Assembly: GCA_965200575.1 (NCBI GenBank)
Contig: OZ241363.1
Coordinates: 24,415 to 88,414 of the forward strand
DNA from: Thermoanaerobaculia bacterium
GTDB lineage: Bacteria; Acidobacteriota; Thermoanaerobaculia; Multivoradales; Multivoraceae
DNA: 64,000 nt
Direction of reading: 5' to 3'
Within the stretch, counting starts at the first letter, position 1. Every line of letters starts with the position of its first letter. A program made the position numbers and the translations under genes. Positions 49,865-58,526 of this stretch are shown one piece after another. A model generated the notes under the pieces. It saw nothing but the letters and a program-made list of their open reading frames with translations, searched no databases and was not told where the DNA came from.

Positions 49865-50662
49865 TCATTGCTGCGCGACCCAGCGGTCGACGATCTCGAC
49901 CAGCGCGTCCAGCCCGTCCGTGAGCGCCGCAGGCCCGGGCTGCAGGATCAGCGGCGACTTGATCTCGTGGAGATGATCGTTCCTGAGCGCTGGCATGCTG
50001 GCCCAGCCGGGGCGTGCGCGCACCCTCTCGGGGCGGAACTTTCGACCGCACCATGAGGCGACGTAGATGTCGGGCGCACGGCGAACCACTTCCAGAGGAT
50101 CCGCGAGGATGCGATCCTTGGCCAGTGGTTGGCGCGACAGCTCCGGGAAGCACTCCACGCCCCCGGCGATCTCGACGAGTTCCGCCACCCACCTGATGCC
50201 CGTGATCAGAGGGTCGTACCACTCCTCGAAGTACACCTTCGGCCGGATCGGCAGACGCCTGGCCCTGGCCTTCAGAGCCTCGATTCGGACCGCGGCCTGG
50301 TCTGCGAAGGCCATGGCGCGCTCTGCCGCACCCACCATCGCGCCCAGCTGACAGATCATGGACAGGATCTCGTCGACCGACCGCTGGTTGAAGATGTGAA
50401 CGCTGATTCCACGGCGAATCAGGTCGGCTGCAATGTCCGCCTGGAGGTCGGAGAAGCCCAGCACGAGATCGGGCTCGAGCGCGAGAATCTTGTCGATCCT
50501 GGCGGAGGTGAACGCGGAGACCCGGGGTTTCTCCCGACGCGCCCGGGGCGGCCGCACGGTGAAGCCGGAGATCCCCACGATGCGGTGTTCCTGACCCAGG
50601 AGGTACAGCATCTCCGTGGTCTCTTCGGTCATGCAGACGATGCGGGAAGGGAACCTGTCCAT
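49865..50662 (-). CDS. BtuF-like cobalamin/Fe-siderophore-binding family protein (helical backbone), no signal peptide
   Basis: PSRIVCMTEETTE.LYLLG, I.KILALEPDLV, RPKVYFEEW.DP, SWCG, ILQPGPA. Confidence 0.82.
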   Translation of the reverse strand: MDRFPSRIVCMTEETTEMLYLLGQEHRIVGISGFTVRPPRARREKPRVSAFTSARIDKILALEPDLVLGFSDLQADIAADLIRRGISVHIFNQRSVDEILSMICQLGAMVGAAERAMAFADQAAVRIEALKARARRLPIRPKVYFEEWYDPLITGIRWVAELVEIAGGVECFPELSRQPLAKDRILADPLEVVRRAPDIYVASWCGRKFRPERVRARPGWASMPALRNDHLHEIKSPLILQPGPAALTDGLDALVEIVDRWVAQQ

Positions 50663-50762
50663 GGTCATTTCCTTTGTGGCCGCAACGGACGCCGCTCCCT
50701 GGAATGCCGCTGCGCCCCTTCTGCCGCCCGGAACCTGCCGCATCACCAAGGGCCTCGTCCGC

Positions 50763-51221
50763 TCAGGCGTCCTCCAGCATCGCCGCCAGGGCATCCCGGA
50801 TGCGGTCCCGAGCCGCGGCGGTTCGGAGCACCATGAGCACGGTGTCGTCGCCGGCCAGCGTGCCGGCGACCTCTGGCCAGTCCGCCTGGTCGATCACGAC
50901 GGCGAGCGCGTTCGCATTGCCGCTTCGGGTGCGCAGGACGAGCAGCGCCTCGCCCTTGCCAACACCGGTGACGAACTGTCGCATGGCGCGGCCGATGTCG
51001 AGCCGCGACCGACCGGCCGCCTCCTCGGCCGGCGCGTAGCGAAAGCCGCCGCCGCTGACCGGCACCTTCAGCAGACCGAGCCGACGCACGTCACGCGACA
51101 CGGTGGCCTGGGAGGCCTGAATTCCCCGCCGGCCGAGCGCTCGCACCAGCTCCCGGTGACTCGACACCGGCCTGGCGCCGACGATGTCGAGGATGGCGCC
51201 GCGCCTGATCGCCGGGCTCAT
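50763..51221 (-). CDS. argR: Arginine repressor
   Basis: SQATVSRD, LRT.SG.A..LA..ID, GTLAGDDT. Confidence 0.95.
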   Translation of the reverse strand: MSPAIRRGAILDIVGARPVSSHRELVRALGRRGIQASQATVSRDVRRLGLLKVPVSGGGFRYAPAEEAAGRSRLDIGRAMRQFVTGVGKGEALLVLRTRSGNANALAVVIDQADWPEVAGTLAGDDTVLMVLRTAAARDRIRDALAAMLEDA

Positions 51222-52756
51222 GCGCTCTTCTCGGGCCGTCCCCCGGCGCCGGGGAGCGTCTCGGCCAGCAGAGCGCCGGCAAGGTGGGCGCGGTAGATGG
51301 ACGGCTGCGGCTGCGCAACCAGCCAGCGGCGAGCCTCGTCAACGCGACCGGCCGCCTCTTCGAGCTGCCCGGCCACCCGTTCCGGCGCCGGACCGCCATG
51401 GCTGTCGTGGGCGGCCAGCGACGCCTCCGGGCGAAGCGCCGACCGGAGTGCCTCCGTGTCCTCGATCTCCGGCACCAGGGTGCGCAGTTCCGGGGCCGGC
51501 AGCTCCCACAACTCCACGCCGCTCTCCCGAGCAGCCCGCACCACCGCGCCGGTGCGCTCGTGCGCGGTCCGGAACGGCACGCCGGCGGCGGCGAGCTGGT
51601 CTGCCAGGTCGGTCGCCGTGATGCAGGCGCCGTAAAGAGCAGCCGCCATCGCGTCGCGGTCGAACTCCAGGCTCTCGGCCAGGACGCGCGACACACGCAG
51701 CGACGCGCCCACGGTGTCGAAGGAATCGAACAGCGACTCCTTGTCCTCCTGCAGGTCGCTGTTGTAGGTCAGCGGCAGGCCCTTGAGCGCGACCAGAAGC
51801 GAGATCAGATTGCCGACCGCGCGTCCCGACTTGCCGCGCAAGATCTCGGCCGGTTCCGGGTTCTTCTTCTGCGGCATGATGCTCGAGCCCTTGGCGGCCC
51901 GGTCCAGCAGCCGGGCGAAGCCGAACTCGCTCGAGGTCCAGAGCACGACCTCCTCCGCCCAGCGCGACAGATGCACCATGCTCAGCGCGCACGCGAACAG
52001 CGCCTCGGCGACGTAGTCGCGGTCCGCCACGGCCCACATGGTGTTTGGATACGGCGCCGGCATGCCGAGCAGCTCGGCGCTGCGCACCGGGTCGATCGCG
52101 TGCGGCGAACCCGCCATCGCGCCAGAGCCGAGGGGACAGAGACCGGCGGTCTCGTGCGCGCGCTGCAGACGGGCGATATCGGCGAGGACCGGCCAGGCGT
52201 GGGCCAGAAGATGCTGCGCCAGGCTGGTGGGCTGAGCGCGCTGCATGTGCGTGTAGCCCGGCAGGGCCGTCCTCAGGTGCTGCCGGGCCTGCTCGACCAG
52301 GGCAACGACGAAGTCGGCAGCCGCGGCGACCGTCTCCCGGGCGGCGCCTCGCTGCCAAAGCCGCAGCGCCACCGCCGTCTGGTCGTTCCGGCTGCGGCCG
52401 ATGTGGAGCCTTCGACCGGCATCACCGATCTCCTCGGTGAGCCGACGCTCGATCCAGGTGTGGACGTCCTCGTCGTCGCCGCCGACCTCGATCTCCCCCG
52501 CTTCCACGCGCCGCAGGATGGAACTCAGGCCGGAGAGGATCGCCGATGACGACTCGCAGTCGAGCACGCCGGCCTCGCGCAGCATGCGGGCGTGGGCCAG
52601 GCAACCCACGAGGTCCGCCGCGGCGAGACGGCAATCGAACGGCAACGATCGCGTGAATCCGTCGATGACCGGGTCGACCTGCGCCTCGAAGGCGCCGCCC
52701 CACAGGCGCTTCGCTGCTGCGCCGCCCGGACCCGAGCCTGGGTGATCGGAACTCAA
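51218..52756 (-). CDS. argH: Argininosuccinate lyase
   Basis: LWGG.F, EDVH, GRSRNDQ, PGYTHMQRAQP, GSSIMPQKKNP, YNSDLQEDK; TTG start overlaps the argD stop. Confidence 0.95.
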   Translation of the reverse strand: MSSDHPGSGPGGAAAKRLWGGAFEAQVDPVIDGFTRSLPFDCRLAAADLVGCLAHARMLREAGVLDCESSSAILSGLSSILRRVEAGEIEVGGDDEDVHTWIERRLTEEIGDAGRRLHIGRSRNDQTAVALRLWQRGAARETVAAAADFVVALVEQARQHLRTALPGYTHMQRAQPTSLAQHLLAHAWPVLADIARLQRAHETAGLCPLGSGAMAGSPHAIDPVRSAELLGMPAPYPNTMWAVADRDYVAEALFACALSMVHLSRWAEEVVLWTSSEFGFARLLDRAAKGSSIMPQKKNPEPAEILRGKSGRAVGNLISLLVALKGLPLTYNSDLQEDKESLFDSFDTVGASLRVSRVLAESLEFDRDAMAAALYGACITATDLADQLAAAGVPFRTAHERTGAVVRAARESGVELWELPAPELRTLVPEIEDTEALRSALRPEASLAAHDSHGGPAPERVAGQLEEAAGRVDEARRWLVAQPQPSIYRAHLAGALLAETLPGAGGRPEKSA

Positions 52757-53931
52757 GCCGCGGCTTCCTCCAGCGAGTGGGCGAGGATCGCGACTGCACG
52801 CTCGATCTCGGGATCGTGAACGACCAGCGGCGGCAGCATCCGGATGCTGTGCGGCCGCGGCGCATTGACCAGCAGGCCGTTCTCCAGGCAGCGGTTCGCC
52901 ACCTCGGGTGCGTTCGGCGTGCACTCGATGGCCGCCATGAGGCCCTGGCCGCGGACCTCGGTGACCAGCCCTCCGGCGCCGAGCTGACCGAGCAGCGCCC
53001 GCAGGTACTCGCCGGCACGCACCACCCGCTCCAGGAAGTCCGGCTCCAGAGCTGTCTCCAGAACCGCCGTCACCGCCGCGCAGGCCAGCGGATTGCCACC
53101 GAAAGTCGTGCCGTGGGTTCCGGGCACGAGCGCCGCCGCCACCTCCTCGCGGGCCAGCAAGGCGCCCACCGGAACGCCGCCGCCGAGACCCTTGGCGAGC
53201 GCGATCGCGTCCGGCTCGAGGCCGTAGTGCTGGAAGCCGAAGGCCGTCCCGAGCCGACCGATTCCAGTCTGGACTTCGTCCAGGACGAACAGCGCGCCGC
53301 GCGCCCGGCACAGGGACTGCAGGCCCTCGAGGTAACCCGCAGGCGGTTCGATGACGCCCGCCTCGCCCTGAATCGGCTCGACCAGCACCGCGCAGGTCGT
53401 CTCGTCGACTTCCGCCGCGGCGGCCTCGAGGTCGCCGAAGGGCACGCTGGCGAAGCCTCCTGGCAGCGGCTCGAAGCCGACTCGGTAGGCCGGGGTACCG
53501 GTGGCAGCGAGAGCACCGAGCGTGCGACCGTGAAAGCCGTTCTCCGCCGTCACGACCTTGTGGCGAGTGCCCGACGAGTCCTGGTTGTACGCGTGGCGGC
53601 GCGCCATCTTGATCGCCGCCTCGACCGCCTCGGCGCCGCTGTTGCAGAACAGCACCCGGTCCAGGACGCCGCCCGCGGCCTCCACCAGAAGCCGCCCCGC
53701 CCGCTCCTGCTCCGGAATTCGGTAGAGGTTCGAGACGTGCAGGCAGCGCTTCGCCTGGCGCCTGATCGCGTCGGTCAGGGCGCGATGGTTGTGACCGAGC
53801 GACGACACCGCGATGCCGGCCATGAAGTCGAGGTACTCGCGACCCTCCTGGTCGCGGAGAATCACGCCGTCTCCCTGCCGGAACGCCACCGGCAGCCGCT
53901 TGTAGTTCGCGAACAGACTCTCTTCACTCAT
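52753..53931 (-). CDS. argD: Acetylornithine aminotransferase
   Basis: LDFMAGIAV..LGH, FCNSGAEA, FHGRT, EPIQGE.G, DEVQTG.GR, AKGLGGG, HGTTFGGNP. Confidence 0.95.
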   Translation of the reverse strand: MSEESLFANYKRLPVAFRQGDGVILRDQEGREYLDFMAGIAVSSLGHNHRALTDAIRRQAKRCLHVSNLYRIPEQERAGRLLVEAAGGVLDRVLFCNSGAEAVEAAIKMARRHAYNQDSSGTRHKVVTAENGFHGRTLGALAATGTPAYRVGFEPLPGGFASVPFGDLEAAAAEVDETTCAVLVEPIQGEAGVIEPPAGYLEGLQSLCRARGALFVLDEVQTGIGRLGTAFGFQHYGLEPDAIALAKGLGGGVPVGALLAREEVAAALVPGTHGTTFGGNPLACAAVTAVLETALEPDFLERVVRAGEYLRALLGQLGAGGLVTEVRGQGLMAAIECTPNAPEVANRCLENGLLVNAPRPHSIRMLPPLVVHDPEIERAVAILAHSLEEAAA

Positions 53932-54812
53932 GCTGAGGCCACTCCCGGAATCTCCGTCTGCGTGATCGCTCGTTCCTTGATCATCGTGCCGATGCCGCCT
54001 TTGGTGAAGAGCTCCACCAGGATGCCGTGCGGTTCGCCGGCGGACACGATGTGGGCGCTGCCCACGCCCGCGCCCAGCGCGGACAGACAGGCGCGGACCT
54101 TGGGCACCATGCCGGCGGAGACGACGCCCGAGTCGATCAGATCCTGGGCCTCGACCGGGGTCAGCCGCGAGCGGAAATTGCCGTTGTCCATGATTCCGCG
54201 CACGTCAGTCAGCAGCAGCAGCTTCTCCGCATCCACTTCGGCCGCGAGTGCCGCGGCCGCGGTATCGGCGTTCACGTTGTAGGTGTCGCCGCCCGGCCCG
54301 ACGCCAAGCGAACCGATCACCGGCACGTAGCCGGCGCTGGTCAGCTGATCGAGCAGCGTCGTGTCCACGTGCTCGATCTCGCCGACGAAGCCGAGCTCCT
54401 CGGCCCTCGGGTGAGGACGCACGCGAAGCAGGTCGCCGTCCCTGCCGGTGAGACCGACGGCGCTGCCCCCGGCACGCTGGATCATCCCCACCAGCCGCTT
54501 GTTCACCGAGCCGCCAAGGACCATCTCGACGACCCGCATCGTGTCCCGGTCGGTGACCCGCAGGCCGTCCACGAAGCGCGGCGCCATGCCCATGCGCTCG
54601 AGGGTGGCCGAGATCTCGGCGCCGCCGCCGTGGACCAGCATCGGCCGCAGCCCGGCGTTCCGCAGCAGCACGAGATCCTCGATCAGCGAGCCGAACTCGT
54701 CGTCGGCCATCGCGCGGCCGCCGTACTTGATCACCACGCGCTTGCCGCGCCACGCCGAGGCGTAGCGCAGGGCCGCCGCCATGGCGCCGCCGAGATCACG
54801 CTCCGAGGTCAT
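53928..54812 (-). CDS. argB: Acetylglutamate kinase
   Basis: VIKYGG.AM, VHGGG, F.DGLRVTD, NVNAD, LLTDV.G, GMVPKV, ELFT..GIGTMI. Confidence 0.96.
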   Translation of the reverse strand: MTSERDLGGAMAAALRYASAWRGKRVVIKYGGRAMADDEFGSLIEDLVLLRNAGLRPMLVHGGGAEISATLERMGMAPRFVDGLRVTDRDTMRVVEMVLGGSVNKRLVGMIQRAGGSAVGLTGRDGDLLRVRPHPRAEELGFVGEIEHVDTTLLDQLTSAGYVPVIGSLGVGPGGDTYNVNADTAAAALAAEVDAEKLLLLTDVRGIMDNGNFRSRLTPVEAQDLIDSGVVSAGMVPKVRACLSALGAGVGSAHIVSAGEPHGILVELFTKGGIGTMIKERAITQTEIPGVASA

Positions 54813-54825
54813 TGCCGCGCCGGTC

Positions 54826-56028
54826 TCAGCTGATGTAGCTGGCGTTGATCTCGATGTAGCCCTCGGACAGGTCGCAGGTCCAGACCGTCCAGGCGCCGCT
54901 GCCCAGCCCCAGGTCGACTTCCAGCACCGAGTGGTCGGCCAACATCGTCCGCGCCAGGGGCTCCAGGTCGTCGGTCACGCCCAGGCCGCCGCGCACGACC
55001 TCGACCCGCTCGCCGTCGGCCAGCACCGCGATGGCGATGCGCTGCTCCACGATGTCGACGCCGGAGCGTCCGGCGGCGCCCATGACGCGGCCCCAGTTGG
55101 GCTGGCCGGACCGCCAGGCCGTCTTCACCAGGGGCGAGTTCGCGATCGTGTTCGCGACCTGGCGGGCTGCCGCGTCGCTGCGGGCGCCCGTGACCCGCAC
55201 CTCGATCACTCGGTTCGCTCCCTCGCCGTCGGCGATCAGGGCAACCGCGAGCCGGCCGAGCAGCCGCTGAAGCGCCGCGGTGAGACGCCCGAGGTCCTCG
55301 GACGTTTCGGCCGCCACACCCGCGGCACCGTTGGCGAGCACCAGAAGGCAGTCATTCGTGCTCGTGTCGCCGTCGACCGTGACGCTGTTGAAGGTGGGCT
55401 CGACGGCTGTGCGCAGGGCGAGGTCGAGCGCCTCCGGCGCCACCTTCGCGTCGGTGGTGACGAAGCCCAGCGTGGTCGCCATGTCCGGGGCCATCATGCC
55501 GGCGCCCTTGGCGATGCCGCCGAGCGTGACCTCGCCGCCCGAGAGATCAACCCTCTCCGCCTTGATCTTGGGACGGGTGTCGGTGGTCAGAATGCCCTCC
55601 GCCGCGGCCACGCCGCCGCCCGGCCCGAGCGCCTCCGCCGCCTCGTCGATGCCGGCCAGCACCACCGGCATCGGCATGGGGACCCCGATCACTCCGGTCG
55701 ACGCCACGAAGACCTCGCGCGGCAGGATGCCGAGCGTCGCTGCGGTTCGCTCCACCATGGCCTGCGCATCCTGAAGGCCCTGCTCGCCGGTGCAGGCGTT
55801 CGCGTTGCCGCTGTTGGCCACGATTGCCCGCGCCCTGCCGCCGGCCACCACCTCGCGGCAGTGGTACAGCGGCGCCGCCTGGACCTGGTTGCGCGTGAAG
55901 ACGCCTGCGGCGGAGCAGGGTTCTGCCGCGATCGAGGCGATCAGCGACAGGTCGAGCCGACGCTTCTTCAGGCCGCTGTGAACGCCGGCGGCCACGAAGC
56001 CCTTCGGGGCGGTGACGCCGCAGCTCAC
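54826..56028 (-). CDS. argJ: Bifunctional ornithine acetyltransferase/N-acetylglutamate synthase
   Basis: APKGF.AAG, ANSGNANACTG, STGVIG, KGAGM.APDMATT, DGDTSTND, DGEGA, TCDLS..YI.INASY; GTG start overlaps the argC stop. Confidence 0.95.
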   Translation of the reverse strand: MSCGVTAPKGFVAAGVHSGLKKRRLDLSLIASIAAEPCSAAGVFTRNQVQAAPLYHCREVVAGGRARAIVANSGNANACTGEQGLQDAQAMVERTAATLGILPREVFVASTGVIGVPMPMPVVLAGIDEAAEALGPGGGVAAAEGILTTDTRPKIKAERVDLSGGEVTLGGIAKGAGMMAPDMATTLGFVTTDAKVAPEALDLALRTAVEPTFNSVTVDGDTSTNDCLLVLANGAAGVAAETSEDLGRLTAALQRLLGRLAVALIADGEGANRVIEVRVTGARSDAAARQVANTIANSPLVKTAWRSGQPNWGRVMGAAGRSGVDIVEQRIAIAVLADGERVEVVRGGLGVTDDLEPLARTMLADHSVLEVDLGLGSGAWTVWTCDLSEGYIEINASYIS

Positions 56029-57095
56029 GGGAACACCGGCACGGCCGCGAGGCCCGTCGTTTCGGCTAGTCCAAACATCACGTTCATGTTCTGCACCGCC
56101 TGTCCAGCCGCACCCTTGACCAGATTGTCCAGGGCTGCGAACACGACCGCCAGCCCGCGTTCGGCATCGACCCGCACCGCCAGGTCGCAGTAGTTCGCGC
56201 CCAGCGTCGCCTTCGTGCGAGGCAACGCGGCGCCGGTGAGCACCCGCACGAAGGGCTCGCCTTCGTAACGCTCCGAGTAGGCGTCTTCCAGCTCGGCCCG
56301 GCTCGGCGTCGAGGTCATCGGCACGTAGCAGGCAGCCAGGATGCCCCGAGTCATCGGCACGAGGTGAGGCGAGAAGAACACGCCGTGACCCGTGCCGCCG
56401 TGGCCGTCTGCGCCGGGGCTGCCCGCGCCCAGGCCGAGCACCTGCTCGATCTCGGGCTGGTGACGATGTTCGCCGGCGCTGTAGGGGCCGAGGTTCTCGT
56501 TCAGCTCCGAGTACTGGTAGCCGTCGCGCGGGTTCCTCCCGGCGCCCGACACGCCGGACTTGGCGTCGATGACGACCGTGCCGGCGACGCGGTCGCCAAA
56601 GCGCTCGAGGAGGGGCTTGAGCGCCAGCGCCGAGGCGGTCGGATAGCAGCCGGGGTTCGCCACCAGCCGGGCCCCGGCGACTTCCGCCCGATGCCACTCG
56701 GTGAGCCCGTAGACGGCCTCCGCCAGCTGCTCCGTCGCCGTGTGCTCGGCGCCGTACCAGCGCCGGTACGCCTCGGGGCGGCGCAACCGGAAGTCGGCGC
56801 CCAGGTCGATGACCCGGACTCCGGCGTCAAGCATCTGGCCGGCGGCGACAAGCGCCTCACCGTGGGGCAGGGCCAGGAAGACGACGTCGGCGCCCTGGCT
56901 CAGCCGACCCCAGTCGGTCGGCACGAGCTGTGCTTCGACTGCGCCGCCGAGATGCGGAAACACGTCGCTCATCAAACGACCCGCCTGTCGGCCCGCGGCC
57001 AGCGCAGCGAGCTTGACCTCCGGGTGGGCATGAAGCCACCGGACGAGTTCGACTCCACCGTAGCCGGATGCCCCGGCAATCGCTGCACGAATCAC
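56025..57095 (-). CDS. argC: N-acetyl-gamma-glutamyl-phosphate reductase
   Basis: GASGYGG.EL, DLGADFRL, ANPGCYPT, SGVSGAG, HRHQPEI, DNLVKGAAGQA.QN.N. Confidence 0.96.
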   Translation of the reverse strand: MIRAAIAGASGYGGVELVRWLHAHPEVKLAALAAGRQAGRLMSDVFPHLGGAVEAQLVPTDWGRLSQGADVVFLALPHGEALVAAGQMLDAGVRVIDLGADFRLRRPEAYRRWYGAEHTATEQLAEAVYGLTEWHRAEVAGARLVANPGCYPTASALALKPLLERFGDRVAGTVVIDAKSGVSGAGRNPRDGYQYSELNENLGPYSAGEHRHQPEIEQVLGLGAGSPGADGHGGTGHGVFFSPHLVPMTRGILAACYVPMTSTPSRAELEDAYSERYEGEPFVRVLTGAALPRTKATLGANYCDLAVRVDAERGLAVVFAALDNLVKGAAGQAVQNMNVMFGLAETTGLAAVPVFP

Positions 57096-57100
57096 AAGGC

Positions 57101-57138
57101 GGCGAATAGTACACCATTTCGGTGAAAGAGTATTCGCT
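57101..57138. promoter_or_regulatory. Tandem ARG boxes overlapping the argC promoter
   Basis: GGCGAATAGTACACCATT-TC-GGTGAAAGAGTATTCGCT: two 18-mers resembling TGAAT-N4-ATTCA, 2 bp apart, in an AT-rich island. Minus-strand TACTAT at 57111-57106. Confidence 0.7.
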
Positions 57139-57303
57139 GACTGGCACGGGATGCCGCCTGGCCGCCGTCAGGCCGGAGGGGCTGTTGGGGGACGCGGGCG
57201 CGCCGGCTCCTGTTGGACCTGACGGCTCGCCTGGTGCTGCCTCGGGCCCTGGCGGCGGACCGGCGATGCAGGCGCGATGTGACCGTGGCCCTCCGACCGA
57301 CCG

Positions 57304-58149
57304 TCAAGGAGGCCAGACCAGGAACGAGAACGGCACCGCCAGGACCGATATCACCAGCAGCGCCAGGGCGACCAGGGTTTCGCCCGGACCCTCCTCGGTC
57401 CTCCTGGCAGCGAAGAGACGGGCCAGGACCCAGCCGCCGGCCAGGCCGCCGAAGTGGGCCCAATGGTCGATGCCGCGGAACACCACACTGAAGATCACCA
57501 TTGGCAGGGCGATCCCCAACACCTGGCTCATGAACAACCGATCGCTCCTCTGTCGAAGGACCCAGAGCAGAGCCCCCAGCCAGCCGAAGACGGCGGCCGA
57601 CGCGCCGAGCGTGATTCCGTAGTGCACGAACGGCCACCCTGGCGGCACCAGCGGCATGAGGGTGGTCAGGGCGAAGCCGGCCACCGACGACAGCAAGTAG
57701 ATGATCGCGGCCCGGGGGACGCCCAGAAGGCCCGCCATCATCGGGCCCAGTCGATACACCATGTACATGTTGAAGGCGATGTGCAGCAGGCCGCCGTGCA
57801 GCCAGCCTGCGCTGAGCAGCGTCCACCAGCGGTTGTACTCGAAGACGAGCGGAGCGCCGCTGGCGCCGAAGCGGAGGCCGACGTCCCGGCTGGGCGACAG
57901 GAAGCCGAGGCCCATCTGGGTGCTGGCGCTTCCCGCCGACATCAACAGCTCCAGAACGTAGATCACCACGCAGATGCCGATGACGACGGACGAGAAGGCC
58001 GCCTCGTTCTCCAGGCGCTGCAGGGCGCGCGAGAAGCCGAACACGCTGGGCCGGGCGCGGCCGCAGTTCCAGCACTGTTCTTCCTGCACGCCCACGAGCC
58101 GGCGGCAGCCGGGGCAGACGACGGAACCTCTCCTCTGACGCTCGAACAT
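57304..58149 (-). CDS. Rhomboid intramembrane serine protease with N-terminal zinc ribbon
   Basis: CPGC...CWNC; WW.LLSA.WLHGG.LHI.FNM; GASAAVFG; IDHWAHFGGL.GG. Confidence 0.92.
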   Translation of the reverse strand: MFERQRRGSVVCPGCRRLVGVQEEQCWNCGRARPSVFGFSRALQRLENEAAFSSVVIGICVVIYVLELLMSAGSASTQMGLGFLSPSRDVGLRFGASGAPLVFEYNRWWTLLSAGWLHGGLLHIAFNMYMVYRLGPMMAGLLGVPRAAIIYLLSSVAGFALTTLMPLVPPGWPFVHYGITLGASAAVFGWLGALLWVLRQRSDRLFMSQVLGIALPMVIFSVVFRGIDHWAHFGGLAGGWVLARLFAARRTEEGPGETLVALALLVISVLAVPFSFLVWPP

Positions 58150-58526
58150 CAGAACGGCAGGTCGTCGTCCGAGTCTTCCGGGCCGCCCTCTTCGTCCCAC
58201 GGATCCCGAGGCGCCGCCGGCGGCCGCTGACGAGCCGACGACTCCGAACCCGACGAAGCCTGCGACTCCGCCGGACGATGCGGCGCATCGGCGCCTTCGG
58301 TGGTCGCGGCGTCCTCCTCGATCGCGTTGACGATCTGCTGGACCTCGACTTCGGCGCGGCGGATCTTCGCGCGACACGTCCTGAGCAGCTCGGCCGCGTG
58401 CCCCAGTTCCCTGGCGAGCATGTCGATGTCCACCTCGTCGCCCTCGATGCGGCGGAGGACACCCTCAAGCTCCTCCATCGCCTCGCTGAAACTCCGCTCG
58501 TCGGGAACGTGGGTCTCTGTGCTCAT
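58149..58526 (-). CDS. xseB: Exodeoxyribonuclease VII small subunit with acidic C-terminal extension
   Basis: SFSEAMEELE..L..IE..EVDID.L....AA.LL..CR.KI..AE..V, then a disordered tail ending EDSDDDLPF. Confidence 0.9.
   Translation of the reverse strand: MSTETHVPDERSFSEAMEELEGVLRRIEGDEVDIDMLARELGHAAELLRTCRAKIRRAEVEVQQIVNAIEEDAATTEGADAPHRPAESQASSGSESSARQRPPAAPRDPWDEEGGPEDSDDDLPF

Noticed and set aside
57040-57062. tRNA-like GAGTTCGACTCC motif
   Set aside because: Lies inside argC coding sequence with no cloverleaf.
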